Position numbers and translations under genes: made by a program | Shown here: piece by piece, positions 48,001-60,000 of the stretch | Numbering within the stretch: the stretch's first letter is position 1 | Layout of the letters: the number at the start of each line of letters is the position of its first letter | The notes under the pieces: generated by a model | Databases searched by the model: none | Seen by the model: the letters and a program-made list of their open reading frames with translations, nothing else | What the model was told of the DNA's origin: nothing | Assembly (NCBI GenBank): GCA_965202585.1 | Contig: OZ241829.1 | Span: 23,808,001 to 23,872,000, forward strand | DNA from: Thalia democratica | Taxonomy: Eukaryota | Direction: 5' to 3' | Length of the DNA: 64,000 bases

Positions 48001-51000
48001 CCTGTAATTATGCTGTCAATAGTTTAAATAAGCTTTAAGTCAGCTCACTTATGAAGCTTAAAATTAGTTATTTCTAGTTTTATCCTAAACAGTATTTGTA
48101 AGTGACATATATAAATTATTTACTTAATATATAAAGTGTAGAATTTTAATAATAAATATTGAAAGCTAATTAAAATTCAAGATATTGTTTATACTTTTGT
48201 ATTGATATTTAAATTGAATAATTAAAAAATGTATAACTAAAGTATTTTTAAAAACATTTATACGCTATAGTTTTACAATATTCTATAACAAAAATTTCAG
48301 AACCCTAACTTTTTTGTTATTCTAAGTATTAATTTATTAGTTACATTTGAAACAAAGCAACTAGTTTAGCAAAGTTCTACAACGTTTTAAAATTAAAAAA
48401 AGCTCTGTAAATATAACAGTATTTTTTGCAGTTTTGTAAAAATTTAGACCAATATGTATCCCTGGAATAAACTATTAAATAATTAAAAGCTAAAACTGAT
48501 GACTTGGTGCCTAGAAGCTTTTTATGAAACTAACTTTATCTCTAACGTTCATGAAACTTAATTTATCTAAAAAACGTTAATAGTCTTTGTCTTAAGTTTT
48601 ATTGAAAATTTAAAAATAACACTATTAAGTGAATTTGTGGTTAAGTATTAAATTTAAATGCAATTGATAAAAAACAAATTTAAACACAACAATTAGACAG
48701 TAAGCACTCAACAGTTTCTATTATTAAACCAATTGTACTTGTACTAAAAATATGAGATAATATCCGTTTAGACTGTTAATTAATATAAAAACTGACTTGG
48801 GGAGCAAGTGGGAGCTGTTTCGTGATCCCAAACACCATCCAGACAAGTGATCGTGTTTGAACCCGCCATGGTGTGGTAAGCATCGCATGTGTAGACGGCT
48901 CGTGTCCCGCGAATCAACCGTCTGTCATCTGTGTTGTACTCCAACACGTAAGTGGACCGACCGTCTCTTGGTGGGTCCGGGCAAACTGGTTAAAAAGTTG
49001 ATAAGTTATGTCTCTACTATTGGTGGGCAGTTTTATCAAAATATTATTTTAAATATTTTCAAGGAGGTTGGACAATTTTATATACATATATATATATATA
49101 TACATGAGAAATTTGGACTTGTAAGTCTAAATAAAACAGGCAAACTATTTTTAAACTGCATCAAAGTTGAGTTTAAAGATTTTTATAATTTTACTATTTT
49201 GATTAAATCAAGAACTTTTCTAGGTTGTTACTGTGTTTATCCTAAACTGTGCTGCATAAATTTAAATTATAGCAAGTACATTTGATTTCCAATAAACACA
49301 CGTTTAAATTATCAATTATATATTAAAGTTAGGACAAAAACGAACAGATATAATCTGATTATTTAAAAAATATATATATAATTAAATACTGCGTAGGAAA
49401 GTCTGGTTTTTTAAAAAGCAGATTTAAAACTTAAGAATAGTTTTGAGAATACAAAATTAAAGAGAAAAAGTTTAAGAAATATAACATTTATTTAAAAGGT
49501 AGACACTTGTATGTTAAATGAACTATTTTGTTTTACAGCTGGGAACGATATTAACCAAAGAACGAAGAATCTAAGTTGAACAATCTAATGGTAAAACAAA
49601 ATTATTAACAATTTATTAATAAACATATTCTTACTCAAGTTTTGATTACTGCATGTTAAGAATTTTTGCATTTGTTTAACACTTATACTTATAGGTAGTG
49701 ATCTACCGGATCCGGCCGGATCCTTAATTTAGAAAAATAATCTGGACCCAGTTGGATCCTAGCTAAGGTTGGATCCAGCAGGATCCGGATCCAATTAGTT
49801 TGGAAACACTTTGTTTTCTTCGATCATTTTCATTCAGTTTTATATACATACTTAGACTATTGTGTTTTGAATATTAATTTATTATAAAATTAGTCAAGCG
49901 AAACAGACTAATTAAAGTTTAATTTAATTATGCTATCAACTTAATAGCCAAGGTCGGTCAAACTGTTGGCCACTCTTCTTTTAAACTCATTCTTCTAAAG
50001 CGTGCAAGAAACTAAAAAAGATCCAGGTTACTTCAGCTTCGTCAGTGTCAATGCAAAAAGCCTTGCTACTTGTGCAAGATGTATAAATTCGTTTGTATAA
50101 ATTCGTTTCGAATTATTGATTTACCGGATCCAGTATCTGGATCTAGCGAAACAATGACTTTTTAGATCCGAATCCGACTGAATACTAATTTTAAGTCGAG
50201 ATCCGGATCCGGTCGGATTCTAATTTAAATAAAAGTTTCGGATCCGACCGGAATCTAATTTTATGGCTACAGTTTATAACTTTTTTGAATCTTTCAAATT
50301 ACTTTCTTAAGTATGACAACTTAAGATGCAGATTTAGTCATGTCAGATGTTTAAAAATTGTCAATAAATAGAATTGACATTGTAATTGACAAAGCTACGT
50401 CTGTAAAAAATCGTACTTGAAAAAACACTTTGCTTGAGGTAATTTGACAAATAGATATTCCAACTAAGTTAGAATAGAACAAAACAAAATAATAGGACAA
50501 AATAGTGTATTTATTAGTACACTTCAATTTATAAAGTCATTTTATAGCATGATTTTAAAGTCAGATTCTTACAGTTTTGTTTTTTGAAAATATGATACAA
50601 AGTTTCATAAAAGTTTTATAATATTGACCCTTTGCATGCCTGTCACTTTGCTGCGGGCCGGTACCCATTAAAGTTTAAAAAACGGTAGGGAACCGGAATT
50701 TTCACTCTGCGGGCCGGATCCGGCCCGCGCGCCGTACGTTGCCCATCCCTACTGTAGACGTTCATAACGCAGCTTGATAGCAAATTGTAATAAAAAATTC
50801 CAAGTATATATACCTACTTACATAGAAAATTTGTTTAACTTAGACAATTAAATACTAAAACTTTAAAAACAGGCCTTGAATCTTAATATTTTAGTTTTAT
50901 AGTATTAAGTTTTTACTTAAATTGATTTTTTAATGACTTTTAAAACAGCATCGAATTTTTACTTTAAAAGAGCTTTAACTTTAAAAACAAAATATCTAAA

Positions 51001-54000
51001 AAAACTAAATTCAAAGTTAGGCATTCCATTATTAAATTAAGTAGTTTATATGTCAGATAACTAATACACACAGGAGTATATTTCAAACTTTAGTAATCTT
51101 AAGTTTAATCAAGCTTCTTAAGTAATCAAACTATTTTTATGACTACGGAAATTTACATGAAATTAAAATACAAATACCTTCAAAGCAGTCTGGTTTCAGT
51201 TTTTCGCAAAATGCATACCGACCAGTTAAATAATAAGGAAGATCGTTTAAAACGTGTTCCCCAGCTATTTTAAAAATTTCAACACGATTTTCATTATGAT
51301 CTCCAGAATTGTCAGGGGCATTCTTTCCCCATTTGAGAAACACATCTTCCTCGCCAGATGGGTCTTCATCGTCGTACCGTTTGATGCTCGACCGTGTTCC
51401 GTCGAGAAACTTGAAATTGCCATACGGATTATCAACTACATTAGGATTTTCGTCGGTTATTCCGGTCCACACTCTTTTGCTTCCAATCATCGACGAAATC
51501 TTTCTGTTGAGAGAAGTTTTGGTGTAATGTTGTGGTTAAAAAAAGCTTCATTTTTGACACACTTGCGGTTAAAATTTGCATTAAGAGTATAGCTTTAAAA
51601 TTTTGCTTAAAACTAGATAATCTAAAGTATTATGTTTAATAATAAATATGAAAACTGTATGTATAGCCAGCATGCATCTTAGAATTCATATGATTGCGCT
51701 AAAATTGCCAAAGTAAAAAAAATTAAAGTTTGTATAAAAAATTTTTAGTCACAGGGTTATCCTAAAAACTAAAAATAATATAAAAGTGATAGCTTATTTA
51801 TAAACAATTTTAGCATAAGAACTCTTACAAAAATTTAGTAGATTGGATTTTTTATGAAAATCAATTGAGTATTTTAATAAATATATTTTACACTTGACAA
51901 AATCAATTGTTAATTAATCAAAGCAGCTACTTCATGGTAAAAAGATATTCAAAGATTTTTAGGAACAAGTCTACCTGCTTAGTTTTATGAAGAAATAAAA
52001 ATAAGACAGCAACAAAAGTTTGTAATTTACTGCTGTGCTTTTTACAAGCTTTTTGTTTGATAAAAGCATAATGAATTAGTTTGAAACATTAAATAAAAAA
52101 CATTACTATACTTGAAAAAAGTATGTAACTTTCTCACACCTTTATTAACATAAATATTTAGATAAGTCAAATTTTAAAAAACAAACTATTGAAATAACTA
52201 TAGAACTACAAAAGTTTTAAAATTGTCATGTTTAATCGTAGTCAAGTTAACTTCTTTTTTTGGTAACAATACCTTTTATTTGATTCTACAAAATATAAAA
52301 ACTATAAAATTTTCAAAACTATTATTTTAATCATAGTCAAGTAAACTTTTTTTAATAACAATACCTTTTAATCGATATTACAAAACATAAAACTGAGTAT
52401 TTAAAAGCACTTTTGTTTAAAGCTAGAGTTGTCAAAAAATGTAGTATTAAACTATTTATATTAATATACAACGGAGGAGAAAGAATGAGCTGTAAAGCTG
52501 AAAAACATCTAAACTTTAAAAAGTATTTGCTTTTTCTATTAGCAAGGGGTTGAGTGAACAGTTCTTTTTAAGCTAAAAACACTATCTGTAAAATAACTTT
52601 CAAAAAACCTATACTTATTTATTTAACAACCAAAAACAAATAATAAACTTTAGCAGTCTAAGGTGGTACATAACAAACTTAAAATAAATATTGTAAATAA
52701 GTTATTGAAATTACTCACTTATGGCATACACTATGTTTAAGTCTTAAGGCGTGCTGCAACAAAGTTCCTCCAAATTCCGCTTGACAGTATTCTAAAGCTC
52801 CGTCGTAGTTAAACCTTCCTTCAGAAACTTTTAACTCGTAGCACTCTGAAATTGATAATTTTGGTGTAATGTTTTATTTAATTGATGTTATATTATGTTA
52901 CTGACCAAACCTTCGATTTTTTTAGCATATAAAATTAAAATTTTGCGTTTGTCTTAGGCCACAAAGAGGTTAAATTGCTTTCTACAGCTTGGTTTTTTAG
53001 AAGTTCGGTGAGCTATGAGTTTCTTTTTACCATCTAAAAATTAACTTAAAAACGTAGAAAAAAAAAACTTAGGATAAATAGCGGGTGAAATTTTGAGAGT
53101 TCAAATGTTTTCTGATGGAAGGCTCAAACTAACCAGATAAATAAAACATTTCATTAAAAAAGTATCTTTTATTACAGTTTTTGTGCAATTTTTTCATATC
53201 TTTCATGTCTACTTATTAGAAAATAGTTAACAAAATTTTGCTTAGTTTTTTGGTGTTTAAGTAACCTTTTTCTGTAAATATTAAATATAAAAACAAATTT
53301 TTGCTTACCATTATTTACTTAAAAAATTTTTTACTGTTTTTGAACAACTTTATTGAACAAATTGTTTTAAATTATGCTTTAGAGCATTTAATGAAAATTT
53401 GACGTTCTTAGTTTAAAAGACCTAGAAGAAAATTGCTATAAAAAATCTTTTAACATTTGTATTGTAAACTTTACACAATACTGACTTATTTTGAAAGTTA
53501 GTTATATTTCTTATACTCTACAAATGTTCTAAATATACAGAAACTTTATTGAAATCAGATATATACGAACTGTATATGACTTACTACAAAAGTTCTAAAA
53601 CTTTAGTTTCATTAAACTTTAGGGCATAGGGGAGATCTAACATTTTTTCTACATAAATTAACGTTAGCTTTAATTTAAAAGCTAAAAGTAAATACTATAA
53701 GATACTTTTTATAGAACAAAAAATTAACTTTTGAGACATAAAAATTTTTGTAAAAAAATTCCGATACAACCGTATGAAATCAAAAACTTTCAAGGCCGAT
53801 TTTCTCTGAATTTTAAATTATTTACATAAATCTATCTTCTCCTTCAATTTTAAAGCAATTTACTTTAAATTTTCAGAAAATGTATTTATAAATTTTACAA
53901 ATAACTTGTAGGAGGAAGATTTTTGAAAAAAGGCAAAATAAAAATTGTGGTAAAAGTTAAAAAAATCAACTACTTTCGTTAGTTTTTTATAAAAATTTTT

Positions 54001-57000
54001 TTTATAGTAACTACGAAATATGTTTCCTACAAGTTGTTTTAATTTTATCATTAAATACTTTACAAAAGTTTTAAAACATTTGCTCAAAAATTGAAGGAGG
54101 AGATAGCTTTTTAATAAAATAGTCTATTTTTGCCCTTTTAGTTTGCGCTCCCATAAAGAACCTATTGAACGCTTTAACTTTGATGGTTCTACAACGTTTT
54201 AAAGTAAAAAAACTAAGAAATAAACGCATAAGGTGAGTTATTCTGATTTATATGTTTAATTTAGTTTATACATAGATAAATATTCAACTGTTTTTTCAAA
54301 GCCTTACCCTTGGCAAACAAGCAAGGCAATTATACTTTATAGACTCGTTTACAGATATTTTTTATATTTATTAATTATTATTGTTTAATTTTTATTCAAA
54401 GAATAACACAAAATAAAAGTTCTCAAATACTGTACCAATTTAACGGATACAAATTTTAAATAAAGATTATAAGAAAAAAAAGAGAAAGCCTCTATCACCT
54501 AAACCTTTAATAAAGCTTTATAGTTAATCAGTATACTGTAAAAATATCTATGAAATTAACTTACTATGCTTCTAACTTGCATTTGTTAAGATTATATTTT
54601 TTAGGTATTCTACAAGGGTCATAGGATATAGAATTAACACATAATACTTTTTAATAATAAATTTATTTATTTATACAAAGGCAACGACGTTTCACCCCTA
54701 AGGGATCTTCAGGCCTGCAAATAACATAAAAATAAGACGATGGATAACTAGAAAATATATATAACAATGTAAGATATTACAATCAAACTAAAATTAAGTT
54801 AAAAATCATTAAATCAGTATAGTATTAGTACTAAATAATTAAACTAACATAAGTAAAAAACAAAAATAAGAATAAGAATAATATATTTAAAACAGTAGTA
54901 TTTTTACTTACAACTATAGATATGTTTTATACAGATTTAGATTTAGCTTATAACAACCCAAAACAAAATGGCATTTAACAAATAAGAGTACAAGCAAAAA
55001 CAAAAACAAGTAATAAAAGTTTTGAATACGCTAAGTTTTAAAATAAAGTTTCCTAAAGTGCGGGCAGGTGTAAAAGAGCTCTTGTTTTTTGTTTAAATTT
55101 CGTTTCTTGTTAGCAAGTGCTATCTCAATTTTTTCCAGGTTGCAAATTTGCAGTATTTACCTATATTTTTTACTTCTCTAATCTAATGCATAATGTTCCA
55201 CCTCATTTCGTAGCAAGTGCTATTGTTTTTTTAATCTCCAAATGTACTTGGAAAGTTCTGTTCCTTTGTTATTTTCATTCCTATTATCACTAATGTGTGC
55301 ATACTATCTCTTTTTGAATTGGCCTCCTGTGGATCCTATATATTTCTTGGTTTCGTTCTGGCTAGTGATGGTCGCCTTAAATACAACATTCTCCTGCAAG
55401 CATTTGCCACTTAAGGGGCAGAAGTCTTTGTCGCGGCAGTTGCACGCCTTATTCTTTTGGTCTTTCTTACGGTTCAATTTGCTTAGTATCTTCTTGTTGT
55501 GGCCATTTATCAACTATTTAACATTTTCCATACAACAGTACGATACTTTGCAGTTGCTTCTGTTAAAATCTTTTTCATGCTCTCTGTTTTGAAGTGTTTG
55601 TCAATTAGGTACAATAAATTTTTCCCAATGTTAGTTTTAACTGATTGGCAGTATGGGGGATTGAAGAACATAATTTTTCTTGTTCGTTTCCGTTTCTTTT
55701 TGTCAACAGGGTTGGCTTTGTTTTCATAATTAAGTCTGTGTTTGAAGATAGACTGGCGCAGAGCAAGTTGATAGCTATGCTTTGCATCATCCAAGGTTCG
55801 TTGGTCTGTAGACAGTCTATTTAATCTTTTCTCTATCATTTTAGGTAGGTTTTTCTTGATTATCGTCGGGTGGTTTGAGCTATTGTTCAAGTATCTGATT
55901 GAGGAGTTTTCTTTTCTGAAAATTTCATCTTGCATTATTATATATATTTTCTAGTTATCCATCGTCTTATTTTTTTGCAGGCCTTAAGATCCCATAGGGG
56001 TGAAACGTCGTTGCCTTTGTGTAAATAAATAAATTTATTATTAACTTTGTCTCCAAGATTAATTTTGTTGAGACCTATTGTATTAAGGAATACTCCTTGC
56101 ATATACATAATACTTTTTAATAAACTAATTGTATAAAAGATGTACATAAAACATTAATTTAAAATTTAAATCTTGTTCTTATTTGAAAATTATTTTTATT
56201 ATAATCTGCAATATACTCTTTGCACAATATTTAAAAGTTTGTAATGACAGTGCAAAATTCTTCCTTGCATTGTCATTGTGTTAGAGATTTAGATACGCTT
56301 CATTGCACGAGCCAATGAGAATCATCTGATGTAATGTTTTAAACTAAATACTGATGCAACGGGACGTCAAGGCGTGATGGGCAGTTTCATGTAAGCAGCT
56401 AGTTTAGGTTTGGTGTGCAGCTGGAAGCAACAACATCTTGAACTGATTTGTGAATGTATATATCTAGTATTGTTTTAAAGTTAATATTTCAACTGGTGTT
56501 TCATTGTTTGAACATTTAAGCCAGGTTTATATTTTAATAGTTTGTTAAACCTTTTAAAGTTTATTGTTTACTAAAGTTTTATTTAATTTTTAGTTTATTG
56601 TTTTAAGTCTTTTGATAGATTTAAATAGCTTCCAGTTTTTAAAGTGTTATAATAGTAATTTATAATTTTGTATATGCTTTTATTTCTTGTTGTGTTTTAT
56701 ATAAAAGGTTCATCACTCAAAACTGTCTGTCTGATTTATATAAAGTAGCCTAGAATAGCATTAAGTATATATTGTTATTATGTCCAACTTAGATAGTATT
56801 AATGATAAGTTGCCTGCAGCGGGTTCTGAACATAAGCCTGTTAGAAGGTCACCCCGCTTGCAGGAAAAGTATGAACAAAAAGGTCAGGTTGACTATCTGC
56901 CCACAGTAAGTCAACCTGACCCAACTGAGGCTTTAGATGTTGGGCCACCAACATCGGTAGCCCACAAGTTAACAAATTACTAGTTTTATAAATTTTAACC

Positions 57001-60000
57001 ATGAAAATGTACATACTTAGTTAAATATCTAAAAATTTAAAACCTTACTAAATACAGGGTTGCCACTCTTTGAGCCAAAAAATTTTCCCTGAGTGACCAA
57101 AAATTTCCCTGAGTAACCTTAAATTTCCCTGAGTTTCCCTGAGTATTTTTCAAATCTTAAAAAAAAAAATTCTCTTCTAACACATATTATTAATACCTCA
57201 TTCTCATTTTTCTTCTTTAATAATAAAAGGAGGGTTGTATGTGTATGCTTCTGCATTAAATTTATGAAAAAAACTGTTTTAAAAAACTCAATCTTAAAAG
57301 GTTTAAACCAATTAAAAATTAAAAACTAAATTTTTGCACAACTTTGTGTAAACTTGTAAACTGAAAACAAGTAGTTGTAAACAAATAACAAATAACTTTA
57401 TTATTTAAAAAATAAGAACTAATAGTACAACATAGTGTTTTTTAAACTACATAAGTAACTAAAAATAAAAAGTTTATTAGAACTTTTCAATGAATAGTTA
57501 ACAACAACTTTCATTTCTCTAAACTGTTTGATTTTACTTAAGTAAATATAAATTTAAAACTTAAAAAAACTACAATGTTAATACTAAGAATATTAAAGAA
57601 CTAGCCGCAAGGCTAAAAAAATTCTAAATAACCACTTAAATGATAAAAATTACTACTTTTGAGCAAAATATTGAAACTGGATTTACTAAACCTCATTCTA
57701 GATCTAGAAAGAAATTTCCCTGAGATTTTCAAAAACTTCCCTGAAATTTAGAGAAAAAATCAAAACTTCCCTGAGTTTCCCTGAGTTAAAAGAAAAATGC
57801 CAAAATTCCCTGAGTTTCCCTGAGTTTCCCTGAGATTTTCTACAGCTTGAAAATTCCCTGAGATTCCCTGAGTTCCCTGAGTGTGTGGCAACCCTGTAAA
57901 TACTTATTTACTTTTATATTTAAGTAAGGTATCAAAAATTTCTGTGAATGTAATTCAAAAAACTCATGTACATAAAGTAAAATATGTCATTACCCGTTTA
58001 TAAGCACAGTCTTAATAAAAAAACTTACAAAAGTTTGAGGGTTTGTTTAACTCAAATTTTAGTTAAATAAGCAAATTGTAGATAAATTATGTTTGATAAA
58101 AAAACTATCCGATAGGTGGCTCCATAGAGCCGCATTTTTTTTAACTGAGATTGAATGAATTTGATTTAAAAAAATTAATATTTTTCTCTATACGTGCTTT
58201 TTCACCACGCGCTGTCACTGTTTTGGATTTAAAATTTCAATCACCAAGCAAAACAAAAACAGAATTTATAGGGATTTCTAGGGATTTTCACATATTTTTT
58301 ATTTTTCTAGGGATTTATCGGGACTCTTCAGAATCATGCAAATTTATAGGGTAGTGGGAAACCTGTATATATTTTTTTCAATCTTTTTTCATTTGCAACA
58401 TCCGTAAGATACCTATTACATTGACCACTTTTATCTAAAGAAGCATTTTAAGTTTAGCTAGGCTGTAAAAGCTATTTGGATGAAATATCTTGAATTCCAA
58501 AAATACATCAAGTCGTAGAAAACAAACTGACAGACCTAGGCCTTGGCTTTTTTAGAATAAACTATCGCGTAATTTCTAATTAACATTAAGTAAGAGATTT
58601 ATTTTTTTAATTAAGATACTATGTCATGTAGCATGTTATGGTATATAAACATTTAGTCTTTTGTAAAGGTAGATAGTTAATACTACATACAACAAAACAA
58701 AAGTTTTAACTAAAACCATTTGAATGTTTAAAATTAAATGAAAAATATATTATATTCTAGTTGAATATTATTTAAAACATTTTACTAACCTAGGATGCAC
58801 TCGGGAAGCGCAGGTTCGAACCTTCCCGTCGACCCGTCGCAATTCAGTATTGTTACTGTGTTCGGTTTCACACCGTAACCTTCGTTGCACGCGTACTCCA
58901 GCGTTTGTGGGTAGCCCACCAGCGAACTACCGCTTGAAACAGAAATTTCTGATTGTTTGGCCAAGTATCCGTTATCTATTATTTCCGAATAGCCACCGCA
59001 GTCTGTGAAGTTGCAGTTTGAATACCTTATACGAACTTGTCTAAGTTGATTTTAATTACTTACTTGGTACGCATTCGATTTGCGGTGTCCATTTTCCATC
59101 TACGCCACAAGTAACTTCTCTATAACTCTGAACGTAATGCTCATGACATTCGAATTCAAATGTTGTTCCGTTCAGATAATTGCCATCTCTTTCGTTCTCA
59201 TTTAATTTAGTAGGGGCGTTTGAGTTGCTCACAGTTGGTAAATCGTCGCAGACTAATGAGAACATTTTTAAGTTTTTTGATGCTAAATACAAAAGGTTAA
59301 AAACTACCAAAAGCATATTACAACCTGTAGAATTTGGTATACTGGACTACTAGTCATAATTAAACGCTACCTAACTTAATTATTATCTTATAAATACTAA
59401 TTTATGTAAATCAGGCAGATAGGTTGATTGATGAATTTAATCTAAAATGAACCACAATAAACTAAGAAAAGCACTATATTTCAAAATAACAAATTACTTT
59501 TATAACTTTTATAAATCACTCGGAAAAAGTGCAAAGTTAATAATGAACCAATTGTTAGTGCAATAAACTATGAAACACTTAAGAAACTATTAATATTCTA
59601 GTCTATTTTAAAAGACTTTAAATAACTAATTACAGTTTAAACAAAAACCTTTAGTGAGTAACAAATTAAAACGTTTAATAAGCTATTAAACATTTAAGTC
59701 TATTTCAGTTAATTTTAACGATTAAACAAAGAGTATAAATATTAATTCTTTGTTTAAACAATACCGAAAAGAAACGTAGAACAAATACAGTTCTAGGTAA
59801 GAATTCTTTAAGTAGATACTTCACTCAACTACACAAAAAACAAGTAAGTTTAAAAAACTAAGTTACTAATGTTATGTTTAAATAATTTTAAGCTTTAATG
59901 CTGCGCTTTGCTTCAGTATATGGTTATCTAAAAGCTACTTCCATATATTCAACATTCAAAACAAATAAAATGAAAGTCGAATTGTCAGAACTCGAAATGT

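Larger units (their letters stand above)
54650..56045 (-). mobile_element. 5'-truncated Penelope-like element with inverted pLTRs
   Basis: Frameshifted RT-thumb/linker/GIY-YIG remnant about 55935-55050 (FFNPPYCQSVKTNIGK...CNCRDKDFCPLSGKCL...YIGSTGGQFKKR); inverted repeats 54650-54770 and 55932-56045. Confidence 0.85.

Noticed and set aside
48857-49285. 142-aa plus-strand ORF, and similar shadows at 15116-15428, 35739-36130, 41237-41533, 45780-45974, 51254-51592, 55242-55729, 61445-61633, 62554-62775
   Set aside because: They overlap real exons or PLE sequence on the other strand or frame and run into low-complexity intron.
50640-50755. GC-rich patch resembling a hAT MITE 3' end
   Set aside because: No matching 5' end or TSD found; too fragmentary to delimit.
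56780-56983. 67-aa ORF MSNLDSINDK...
   Set aside because: Follows a dispersed repeat, is antisense to the host gene and has no recognisable domain; at most a TE ORF start.
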